Shown here piece by piece: positions 10,285 through 21,900 of a stretch of DNA of 64,000 bases. Each line of letters starts with the position of its first letter. The stretch's first letter is position 1. Both the position numbers and the translations under genes were made by a program. The notes beneath the pieces were generated by a model. The model did no database searches, had not been told where the DNA came from, and was given only the letters and a program-made list of their open reading frames with translations. The DNA lies in the sequence record SRR20825006_1326; one strand, written 5' to 3'.

Positions 10285-11237
10285 GCGGCCATCCTCGCCA
10301 AATTAACAGTCGGATTGATCGCGCTGTAAAGCACATCAACAATGGTGTTCAGTACCACGAAAATCGCCCCGACCACCATTAGATAGGCAACGATCAACGG
10401 CGCATCGCCACGGTTCACCGCTTCCAAAAACATAAAGCCCATGCCCGGCCACTGAAACACGGTTTCTGCCAAAATTGTATAGGCCACCAATGTGCCGATT
10501 TGCACGCCACCAACGGTCACAACCGGCAGCAATGTGTTTTTCAATGCGTGCACAAAATAGATGCGCCAGGGCGATAGGCCACGCGCACGGGCATATTTCA
10601 CATACTCGCTTTTCAGCACTTGCCGCATCTCGGCGCGGATCAACCGCACAAAAAGCGGCAGCATGACTGAGGCCAAAGCAAATGCGGGCAAAACAATATG
10701 TTTCAGCCCATCCCAAGATGCAAAATTTGTTTCCCAATAGCCGACAATTGGCACAACATCACCGCGGCCGAATGAAGGCAAAATGTTCCAGGTCACCGAA
10801 AACAGATAGATCAACAAAATCGAGGTCACGAAAACGGGTACAGAAAGGCCCAATACGGAAATACTCAAAATCAGCCGGCTAAGCGTATGATTTGGATAGA
10901 GTGCTGTGAAAATGCCCAACGGCACTGAGAAAATGCCCACAAGCACTGCCGCCGCAAAAATCAGTTCCAGAGTCGCAGGCATCTTTTTCAGGATAACCGT
11001 CAGTGCAGGCTCTTTGAAAAATGAGCTGGTGCCCAAATCGCCCTGAATTGCACCGGACACAAACTGAGAATATTTGGTCAAAAACCCGGCATCAGTTTCA
11101 ACATTATACGCCGCAGCCGAGCCTGGATTGAGTCCTTGTTGGAAAGCAAGATTATCCTGCACGGTAAACCCAATCAGCGAGATCACCGCAAGCACAAGAA
11201 GTGCCTGAATAAATCTTTTTGCCAAATAAATAATCAT
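10281..11237 (-). CDS. Peptide ABC transporter permease (DppB/OppB-like)
   Basis: GDLGTS, PATLEL, EYVKYARARGL, HALKN, ETVFQWPGMG. Confidence 0.93.
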   Translation of the reverse strand: MIIYLAKRFIQALLVLAVISLIGFTVQDNLAFQQGLNPGSAAAYNVETDAGFLTKYSQFVSGAIQGDLGTSSFFKEPALTVILKKMPATLELIFAAAVLVGIFSVPLGIFTALYPNHTLSRLILSISVLGLSVPVFVTSILLIYLFSVTWNILPSFGRGDVVPIVGYWETNFASWDGLKHIVLPAFALASVMLPLFVRLIRAEMRQVLKSEYVKYARARGLSPWRIYFVHALKNTLLPVVTVGGVQIGTLVAYTILAETVFQWPGMGFMFLEAVNRGDAPLIVAYLMVVGAIFVVLNTIVDVLYSAINPTVNLARMAA

Positions 11238-11294
11238 CTTATCTCAAATAAAACTCGCGGTTGCAGCTCAAGTGAAAATGGTCGTGGAATTGCA

Positions 11295-12851
11295 TTACTG
11301 CGCCTCCATCACAAGGTCGCCGAAATAGGGCGCATTTTGCGCATTCACAATGTCTTCAGCCAAAATGCCGTTGCGCACGCCCCAAGCTAAATTTTGCCAA
11401 TGCAGCGGAATAAAAGCGGCGTCATCGAACAAGATTTGTTCAAGATCGCGCAAAAGCCCCGCTCGCACGGTCGCGTCCATTTCGCTATTCGCGCGCTGCA
11501 TCAATTCGTCTGCATCGGGGTTGCAATACCCTGATGAGTTGTAACGGCCTTGCCCGGTTTCCTCATTCGGACACGCGGTCAAAAACTGATGGAAATTAGC
11601 ACTGTCTTCGGTGTCAGAATGCCAACCGATCATCATCATATCAGCGGCCCGCGCGTCATACTGGGTCCAATATTGCGCCTTTGGAATGGTTTGCAAATCA
11701 ACTTCAATATTGATTTTGCTCAGCATCAGCGCCACCGCCTGCGCGATGCGTTCATCGTTCACATAGCGATTGTGCGGTGCCAGCATGCTGACTTGAAAAC
11801 CATCCGCATATCCGGCCTCCGCCATCAATGCCTTTGCTTTCTCTAAGTCATAGCGCGGCGTTAGCCCCTCAATATGTCCCACATATCCTTCGGGGCTCAT
11901 TTGCGCGCTAACCGTGGCAAATCCATGCATGATGCGCTCAACAATTCCAGCATTGTTAATCGCATAATCAACTGCTTGCCGCACACGGATATCTTTGAAC
12001 GCGGGTACACGATCCATATTCAGCTGAAAGGTGATCGCACGTGTGCCGGGCATGGTGATGAGTTTGGTTTGCGGATGGTCAGACACATTTTTGAGGTTTG
12101 AAGGAGCAACAGGGGCAATAAAATCAACCGCTCCCGACAGCAGAGCCGCCAGCCGCGTTGAATCCTCTTTAATCGGCGTCAGCACAATTTCTTCAACATT
12201 GCCTTTGGATTGTTGATCCCAATAGCGGTCAAAGCGTTTGAACACGCTTTTGACGCCTTGTTCGCGCTCTGCCACGATAAATGGGCCCGTGCCGGAGGCA
12301 TTGCGAGAAGAGAAGCTATTGCCATGTTTAACGATCTCCGCCTTGTCACGTCCATCATCCGTCAAACCGGAGTAAAAAGCTCGATCCATCGGGAAAAGAT
12401 AGGTCAAGGAGTTCAACACAAGCGGGTAGGGTTGGCTCATCTTAACGTCGAATGTGTGATCATCAATCACTGAAACAGAAGTGAAGGGCTCAAAAATCGC
12501 TTTGAAGTCACCGCTGGTTTTTAAGCGATTGAAGGTCCACTCAACATCATATGCCGTCAGCAAATTGCCACTGTGAAACTGCACATTCTCCCGCAAATGG
12601 AAGCGCATCGTTTGCGGGGCGACATATTCCCATCGCTCGGCCAACCGCGCTTCAATTTCGTGATCTTGCGTCCATCGCACCAGCGGATCAAAAATCAAAT
12701 GCGACAATTGCAACGTGCCACCGGAAAGCTGCTCATAAGGATCCAATGAAACCGGATCTGCATCATAGGCTACGCGCAAACTATTCTGCGCCGCCGTTGG
12801 CCCACTGAACATCACAGTGAGCATGATTGCTGCAAAAACTCTCCTCAACAT
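11295..12851 (-). CDS. Peptide ABC transporter substrate-binding protein (SBP family 5)
   Basis: Signal peptide; motifs DPVSLDP, LAERWE, FHLRENVQFHSG, GTGPF, VRQAVDYAIN. Confidence 0.94.
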   Translation of the reverse strand: MLRRVFAAIMLTVMFSGPTAAQNSLRVAYDADPVSLDPYEQLSGGTLQLSHLIFDPLVRWTQDHEIEARLAERWEYVAPQTMRFHLRENVQFHSGNLLTAYDVEWTFNRLKTSGDFKAIFEPFTSVSVIDDHTFDVKMSQPYPLVLNSLTYLFPMDRAFYSGLTDDGRDKAEIVKHGNSFSSRNASGTGPFIVAEREQGVKSVFKRFDRYWDQQSKGNVEEIVLTPIKEDSTRLAALLSGAVDFIAPVAPSNLKNVSDHPQTKLITMPGTRAITFQLNMDRVPAFKDIRVRQAVDYAINNAGIVERIMHGFATVSAQMSPEGYVGHIEGLTPRYDLEKAKALMAEAGYADGFQVSMLAPHNRYVNDERIAQAVALMLSKINIEVDLQTIPKAQYWTQYDARAADMMMIGWHSDTEDSANFHQFLTACPNEETGQGRYNSSGYCNPDADELMQRANSEMDATVRAGLLRDLEQILFDDAAFIPLHWQNLAWGVRNGILAEDIVNAQNAPYFGDLVMEAQ

Positions 12852-12925
12852 GTGGCTTTGTCCTCCCCAGAACCAAACGCACCAATTTCAAACAGAAGTT
12901 TGAAATATTTTGGCTGCGTTCCCCA

Positions 12926-15900
12926 TCACAAGCTTGGCACTCTAATGGGCTGTTTGTGATCTGAAAAGAACTGTTCCGCAATCCGCTCAATATTCGGCGA
13001 TTGCATGATTGAATAATGGTCTGCCTCCAATATCTCCCCATAAATAAGTTCAGGTAAACGTTGGCCCCATTTTGCCATATGGTTCTGCGGCTTGATCGGG
13101 TCGACCAGAAGCCCATCGGCAACCTGTCCTGCAACAAAAAGATGAACTTTCGTGTGGCGCAACTCGCCCGGCACATGGGCGCGCATCGCAGCCATATTGA
13201 GCTGGCAGCACCGCACAAGGTTTTCCAAATGTTGCTGCAACTCAGGGGCGATCTGACTCTGTAACGAGGCATGAGATTTATTTAGGCGGGGGGCCAAATC
13301 GTGCAAGAACGCCTCTTGTACTTCCTCTTTGGAATGTTCAGCGATCTCCGCACCGCAATCAGGTTCTGGCGGATCAATCATGGTCAAATAGCCAAACGAT
13401 TTATCCTGATGCTCTGCTAGACGACACATTTCTGCCGCCACCCATGCGCCAAACGACCAACCAACCAATTCCAAATTATGCCGTTCTTGGTCAGTTTTCT
13501 GATCCAAAGCCTGCAAATATGCTTTTGCCCGTGCTTGGATGGTCAGCGGCTCACCAGGTTCCAATCTAAGATTTGGATCGGAAATCGCATAAACGGTGGT
13601 GGCTTTGTCCAGATGTTGAAATAACGATTTGTATGAAGCCACTTCGCCGCCCACCGGATGGATAAAGCAAATCACCTTCTCGCCATCGCCTTGTTGCCAG
13701 CAATCTACGGAGATAGTGAGGCTTTCACGATCCTGCTGAACCTCACCGTCTTCCAGCCCTTCTTCAACATATTGAACCACATCATTCAGCGTTGCGTCCT
13801 CATGAAAGGCCGAAACGGGCAGGCTTACACCAAATGCAGCTTTGATCTCGTCGATCAAATCCAAGGCCATCAAAGAGTCAATGCCTAACTCACCAAATGA
13901 ATTGGATGGCGCAAATGTATCCAAGCCAAGCACGGTTTGAAGCATTGCCGATAAACGCGCTGCAATATCTGATGAATTGTCTTTGCCAGCGATCAACTCA
14001 ACCAGTCCGCTAACAGTCAATGCTGGCGGTAACTCTGAAAGCGCGAGCTCAACGCCTAAAGCCACCTTGATCTCATCAATCAAATCTAGTGTCGCCAGCG
14101 AGTCTATGCCCAATTCATCCAATCTATGATGGGTCGAAACTTCGGTTTCACCAGAAATGCTCTGAACCAAATCGATGATAATCTCATCTTTAGATTGATT
14201 AATCTGGCTCGGTGCCGCTAACGGTTTTTCTGAAGCACTATAAAATTGAACCGCGTCCTTCAACGCGACTGTCGATACGCAAATCTGCGGATGCGAACTC
14301 GCCAAGCAACGCTGGAAAATAGAACGGCCTTCTTGATCTGATAAACCATATGTCAGATGCAATTGGTGCAAATCATCATGCTCAAGCGCGTTAACCGCCA
14401 TGCCGCTTTCACGCCAAATATCCCAGTTGATAACGGTACGCACCGTGTTGGGCGCGTTTGGGTTTACCCAGTGCGCAAAACTATCCAGCAGCCCATTGGT
14501 CGCCGCATAATCCAGCTGCCCGCGACCACCAAATTCAGAGGCCATGGACGAGCAATAAATGACGCGCTTGGGCTGTTGTTTCCCAACCCAGCTCTCCAGT
14601 TTTAACAGGCCTTGGGTTTTCACTTTGTTATTTTGACGCATAGCGTCTTTGTCACGATGCGCAATAAGCGCACCATGTGCCGCACCAGCGGCAAAAACGA
14701 CATTTTCAACCGGTCCGTCCAGTTTCGGCAATATCGCATCTTCTTGTGCAAGATCGAGAGCATGCACGGTAATCCGATCCGCATAATCCGCAAGTGGTTC
14801 AGGCAATTGCCCGCTACGTGTCGTGATGTCCAACTCAGCATTTGGATCGGATAGAAGCTCAAGGCATATATTTCGTCCAATGCCACCGCTGGCACCGATC
14901 ACCAAGTGCCGACCAGCATATCCCTCAATTTGCAAGCTTGACGAAACCATAGGCGCCAATTGGCGCTGCCATAAACATCCTTTTCGAACTGCATAACGAC
15001 CAGCTTCAACGGGCCTGCGCGTCAGGAAATCATTTAAGTCTTCAATGCAGCCATTCGCGAAATCAATCCAGCTGGTTGCCAAATCACACTCGCTGGCCAA
15101 CACAGATTGTGCCCCCGCCAAAAGCCCAGCGAGTGGCGCTTCATTTGCGCCAAAAACATCCGCCGCCTCACATGAGGCGAGAACAATGCGCAATTTTGAT
15201 GCATCGAATTGCTGTGCCAATTCAAGCACCACCGGAATTGCGTCCAAACAATAAATCTGTGCGTGATCCAGTTGGTCACTTGAGACACCAAGCCCGAGTT
15301 GCGCAGGCGCGAAGTTGATCACATCTACTGTCGTGGTAGGAACAGTCTGGTCAATTTGCCTGGTGACTTCAGCAACATCATCACCAATTTTCAGAAAGTG
15401 AACTTGCTCATAGTTGCTCGCCAAGGCGGCTTTCGCTTCGGCATCCAATCCATCGGCGTGCAATATGATCGCGAAATCTCGTTTTACACTCGGCCCATTC
15501 AAACGGCCCAAATTCTGCCAAGCAGGTGCATAAAGCCAGTCCTGCGCATCCAATCGACGAATGTCATTCAAATTTGCTGGAGTTTGCGCTTTGCCTTTCT
15601 TGGCAAATTCAAAATTCTCCAACATAAACGGATATAGTGGAAAACCTTGTGGACGAGGGGCTATTTGCGTAATTTCGGATGAAAGGTGTGCACCGGACAG
15701 CCAGCGCTCCAAACGTTCTTCCAAATCATCATGTGCCGCCAAGTCGATCTGCTCATTGGATACTGATTTTCGTCCATCATCCAGTTTTCGCAAGGCTGCT
15801 ACTGCTTGTTTCGCATCTGCACACACGAAACCTGCACGGTAGGATAGGTGCGGCGTGCCGTACTGCAAAAATGCCAAGACATTATTGAGCTGGTCAGGTT

Positions 15901-18900
15901 GTGTCTCCAGATAATCAGCAATTTGTTTCGCCCAAATCACCAATGCATCCTGACTGTGCGCTGAAAGCAAAAATAGCGGCACCGTTTGTTTTGATTTAAA
16001 CGCAAGCGTTTCAAATTCGCCAACAATCGCGTGGGCATTGGTGCCACCGATGCCAAAACTGCTGACCCCAGCGCGACGTTGCGTTTGGCACGCCCATGTC
16101 TTGCTTTTCGCCGGGAAATGAATGGGAGTGTCGCCCAACGCAATTTCCGGGTTCAACGCTTTAAAATTCAAGTTCGGCGGCAAAGTCTTCGTTTTCAATG
16201 CCACAATCGCGCGGATAAGACCAACCAAGCCAGCCGCCGCGCCCATATGGCCAATTTGGCTCTTAAGCGAACTAACTGTCAGCGTGGTATCTCGTTCGCC
16301 ATAAGCCCGGCGCAGCGCTTCAATTTCAATTGGGTCGCCTAACGCCGTTCCTGTGCCATGCGCTTCGATAAGGGTGATGTCGTCAGCGCTTAAACCAGCA
16401 TTGCCCAACGCGGTTTGCAAAACCTCTGTTTGCCCTTGAACAGATGGCGCGGTGTAGCTCATCTTGTCGTGACCATCATTGTTGATCGCCGACCCTTCAA
16501 GAACAGCATAAACCTTATGCCCTGCATCAAGTGCCTTGGACAATGGCATCAACAGCACAAAGCCATAGCCGCTGGCCCCGATTGTGCCGGACGCATCCCG
16601 ATCAAATGGCCGACACAGCCCATCTTTAGAAAAAATATGTTGAGGCCGATAGGTGTAACCATCTTGCAAAGTAGCATCGATCAAGCACCCGCCCACCAAC
16701 ATCATATCCGCATCACCATGGCGCAACATGCCAGCAGCCATATGCAGCCCGATCAAAGAACTGCCACACGCAGCCTGAACCGCAATCGCCGGTCCTGTTA
16801 ATCCCAATCGATAGGCAATTTTTGAGCCCAAAAAGTCCTTATCGTGGTGTAGCGCCATCTGAAAGCTGTCAGGCAAGTCAGAATCATATTCGCCGTTCAA
16901 TGCCTGCTGAAAATAAGTGTTCTCACCAGCGCTCGCCATCACGCCAATTCGAGCTTGTGAATGTTGTGGGTTCACGCCCGCATCTTGCAAACAATGCACC
17001 GCGCCCATCAGCAAATGACGTTGCTGCGGGTCCATCAATTTGGCTTCAGGTTTGGAAATGCCGAAATATGTAGGGTCAAAACCCATCATATTTTTCAATT
17101 GGCTACGGGCGCCAATTTTTCCATGTTCAGCACCAAACCGCTCAATACCCGTGCGATTGTTGATGACTAATTCTGTGAATGCCTCATAATTCTCGGCACC
17201 AGCAACATTAATCGAAACACCCACAATCGCCATCTTTTCTTGGCTGTTATGGCGTTCCGGTTTCGGTTTGCTTTGGGTTTCCTCTTGAGGGCCCAAATGC
17301 TGCGCAAGCTTCTCAATGCTGCTAAATTGAAAAAGCAGGGCGACAGGCAGCTGAATACCAAATGCAGACTGGCAAGCATCGCGATAGCGAATAAGGTCTA
17401 GGCTCGTTGCACCTGCTTCGAAGAAAGTCTGCTCTGCTCGAATTTCACGATGGATGATGTCCTTAAACAGATCAGCTAGCTGACGTTCCGTCTGGCTGCC
17501 CCAATCTATTTCCGAGAAATCTGCGTGCAGTTCTTGTTCTATTTTCTGAAGCTGCAGCTTCTTGCGATCAATCTTACCGCTCGGCGTTTTGGGCCAGTTT
17601 TCCATCGCTACAAAACTATTCAGCTGCAAATAATCCGGCAGATGCTTTGCCAGATGGGCATTGACTTTACTCAGGGTAGGGGCTGCGCCATTCGCTTCAT
17701 AAAAACAGGCCAGCTCACTGTCTGACTTTTGCACAACAATGGCCAGCGCAATGCCGGATATGCGATTAAGCACCGCTTCGATTTGCTGCAACTCAACGCG
17801 ATGTCCAGACAATTTGATTTGATTGTCCAGTCGGCCGCGATAGGCAAAATGATAGTTCCGTACAATCGCCGCACGATCGCCAGTCTTATACCAAACGCGA
17901 CCTTCCACGTCAGTTTCAAACGCTTTGTCATTATCCTTGTCATCAGCATAGCAAGGGCGCACAAAATCACCTGAAACCAACAATTCGCCGGATCCATCCT
18001 CACTGTTTTGTGCATCCTTTATCCGGAAGGAAACATTAGAAATAGGGCGTCCTATTGGTGCACTGTCAGGCCACTGGTCTACATCTTCCGGCAGATTATA
18101 GGCACTCACTACATGGGTTTCGCTCGGCCCATAATGGTTGATCAGCCGCGCCTGCGGCAATTGCTTGAACCAGGCTTTGAGCGTCTGGGTGCTAACAAGC
18201 TCTTCACCCGCTGAAACAACTTCTTTTAGATATGGCAAAATAATGCCGGAGCGGAGCGCTGTTTCAGCCAAAAGCTTCAGGGCAACAAACGGTAAGAATA
18301 TGCGTTCAATGCGCTTGTCCCGCATTTCTTCCAGCAGGATGGCCGGATCTTGCCTCAACTCAGGCTCGATAATGTGGAACGTGCCGCCCGTTGTGAGCGT
18401 GGTGAAGATCTCTTGAAAACTTACATCGAATGATAGCTTAGAAAATTGCTGCGTGATGGCAGCTTTAGCCAAAGTGCCTTCCTGCTTTTGCCATTGAAGC
18501 AGGTTGCACAATGCGTCATCGGGCACATAAACCCCTTTTGGTTCGCCAGTCGAACCAGAGGTGAAGAGCAAATAAAGCGGGTTTTCACCATCATGCGATG
18601 CAGGTTTGTTTTGCGAAGGTTGATTCAGATTGACTTCATAAACATCAACATCTGCAAAACTGCGGGGTTCTGCCTTCGGATGGGTGAGAATGAGTGAGGG
18701 CTTGGCTTTCTCAACAATGCGTTGCAGCATCTCGTCGGGATAGCTGGGATCAAGCGGCAAGATGGTAATGTTCATCTGTGCCAGAGCGATCAATGCAACA
18801 ATATGCTCACGCGACGGTTGAATATAAACACCGATCACATCGCCGGACTTGCGGTCACCGAGCTGAACTTTCAACTCATCAATCAATTTCCACGAATGCT

Positions 18901-21900
18901 GAATGAGGGCGCGATAGCTTAGCCAGTGATACCCATCCACAACCGCAATTGTTGAAGGCGTCAGCGCCGCTTGCTGTTGGAACATCTCAGCAATAGTTTT
19001 GGGCGCTACAACTGTGCTTTGTGCAGACAAATCATCAATCAGCGGCAAGGTGAACTGCTCAATCGGCGTGTCTAAGTCCGCCAAGCCATCAATAGCATTC
19101 TCAAAGCTCTCGCAAAGCCGATCAACATCTTCCTGCGTGAAAAAACGAGACTGAGCTTCAACAATCAGCTCCGGCCCATCAGCCGTTTCCAAAACAAAGG
19201 CAGTGATTGGCGCTTTGCCATCCACATGAAACGGGATTTCAAATTTCGTCCTGCATTGAGCCAGCTGCAATTGATCATAGTCTGTGTTTTCCAAAACAAA
19301 CATAGCATCAAACCGACCGGCATCTGCGTGACCTGCCTGTGCCAAATCTTCGATGAAGTGCTCAAAAGCAACCTCATCAAATTGCAGAAATTCCGCCCAA
19401 ATTGAACAGTTTGTGGCAAGCGCTTCATTCAAAGATTGTTTGGCAGGCAGACGAACGGGCAGCAACATGGTGTTGGCCATCATGCCAATCGTCTCGGCGA
19501 AGGCGGGATTAGTTCGGTTACTTGCAGGCGTCGCCAGTTTGAAATTCTGAAGCCCGGTTATATAGGCATAACCCAATGAGAAGGCGGCCAGATATAAATT
19601 AAACGGCGTCACATTTTGAGCAGATGCGCAGCGTCGCACAATCTGCGCCGCCTCAGAACTGAACTTCTTTCGCGTAACAAATGCATCCATTTCATCGCAC
19701 GCGCATTGCGCCGTCAGTGGAGCATAGATGCTGTCATCATTGAGCCAAAGGTCATGCAGTGCTTTACGCTTGGCCGCATATTCGTGAGTGGAAAATTGCT
19801 CACGCTGCCAGTGCGCAAACTGTCCCATCTCAGGTCCGGCATCATCAGGCAGTAAATCGCCGCCGTAAAGGCTAGAAAGCTGCTGCAACATCAAATCGAG
19901 TGACCAACCATCCAACAGAATGTGATGCGCATTGATCAGCAAAATGCCTTCATGCCCATTAAACGGCAGCCAATAAGCCCGACAAAGCGCAGGTTCGCTT
20001 AAATCGAATGGCTGAGCAAATGCGTCTTTGGCAAATCTCTCCCAATCCTTCGCTTTATATTTCCCGGCACGAAAGGCCTCAAATGTGCAAGCACTCTCCT
20101 CAAGCACCACTTGCATCAATTCACCGTCAACCTCCCGGAATGCCGTGCGAAATGAAGCATGATGTTTGAAAAGCGAACTAAAGGCATGTTCCAGCTTTTC
20201 TGCATCAACAGGACCCGCAATCCTAAACACCAACGGCACAGAATATGCCCGTGACACCGGATAACGCTGAGCGTCCAACCAAAGCCGCTTTTGCTCGCTT
20301 GTTGCCGGGCTTATGCCGCTTGGAGACTGTTTGAATGCTTGAGCTGTTTCCTCAATAAGAGCTGCTTTGTTCAGCAAATCTTTCAATGGAAACGATAAAA
20401 TATCAGCAACGGAAATTGAAAGGCTAAGCTCGCACACAATTTGGTGTTTGAACCGCAATGCCGATAAGCTATCGCCACCTGCACTCAAAAATGTACTTCC
20501 CGCATCCAAATCAGGCTGTTCCAACACAGCGGCCGCAATGTCCCGCAGGGCTTTAACCTCCGGGGAAAGTTCCGTTGCAAATTTCGTGGGTTGCCACCTT
20601 GGGTAGTCAGCAGCAATCAACGCTTCTCGATCAATCTTGCCGTTGGCATTGGTCGGCAGATGCGCCAGACGATAAAAATGATGCGGCATCATATATGTCG
20701 GCAAATGCATCTGCAGATAGGCGTGAACATCATCAATGCTCACTTCGCGCGCCGGCACAACAAAAGCATGCAGCTCAAGCACACCTGTCGCAGATTTTGC
20801 GGCCATCACATGCGCATTTTCAATCTCAGGATGACGATTCAAAATCGTTTCAATTTCGCCTGGCTCCACCCGGAAACCGCGAACTTTCACCTGTCGTCCA
20901 ATGCGCCCAACATAGTTGATCGTGCCGTCTGCATTGCGTTGCACCAGATCGCCAGTGCGATAATGCACCTTGCCATTCAGCTTCACAAAGGCCTGATCAT
21001 TCAGCTCTTGCCGTTCATGATAGCCAAGCGCCACTGCGTCACCTGAAATGAGCAATTCGCCTTTCTGGCCATCATTCACCTTCTGCAAATCAGCGTCGAC
21101 GACCGTAAGCTTAGTGCCCGGCAATGGCCGTCCAATCGGCGCATTCGCAGCCTTTTCATCGCGTGGAATAGGATAGTTCAGCGAGAACGTTGCGCATTCG
21201 GTGGGGCCATACACATTGTAAATTGTGCAATTACTTTTCGGGTTGTTTTTATACCATTTCAGCACCGTTTGCGTGTTGATTTGCTCCCCGCCAATCAACA
21301 ATGTCGACAGGCCCGTAAAGCACTGTTCCTGCTCAGCAACGATCGCGTTAAACAAGGCGACGGTCATAAACAGCGTGTTGATGTTATGATCTACAAGTTG
21401 CGCAGAAAAGGCGCGGAAATCATCAAACGCACCATCAGGGAAAACAACGCAAGTCCCGCCATTTAGCAATGGCGCCCAGATATCAAAATTGATGGCATCA
21501 AAAGACGGATTGGAGATATGTCCAACGCGCACATGTTCATCCAGCGGAATGTAGCCTTGCATGCCCAGCCGCAGAACGCCGCGCTCCGGCACCAAAACCG
21601 CTTTCGGCTTGCCGGTTGAACCCGACGTGAAAAACACAAAGCTAAGTGCGTCTTTCGAACGCTCTTGCGCCACGAATTTACTCTTCTTTCCTGCGTCTAA
21701 AATGCTGGAAAAAATAGAGCAGCGCTGCCCGCCAATCTTTGTTGATTTTGCGTTGACCAAAATAAGGGCACAGCCAATATCTTCAGCCATCTCTTTGATA
21801 CGGCTTTTAGGACTTTGACGGTCCAGCGGCGCGGCCACAGCACCAGCTTTCACAATGCCCAAAATGGCAACAATTTGCTGCCAAGAGCGCGGCAACATCA

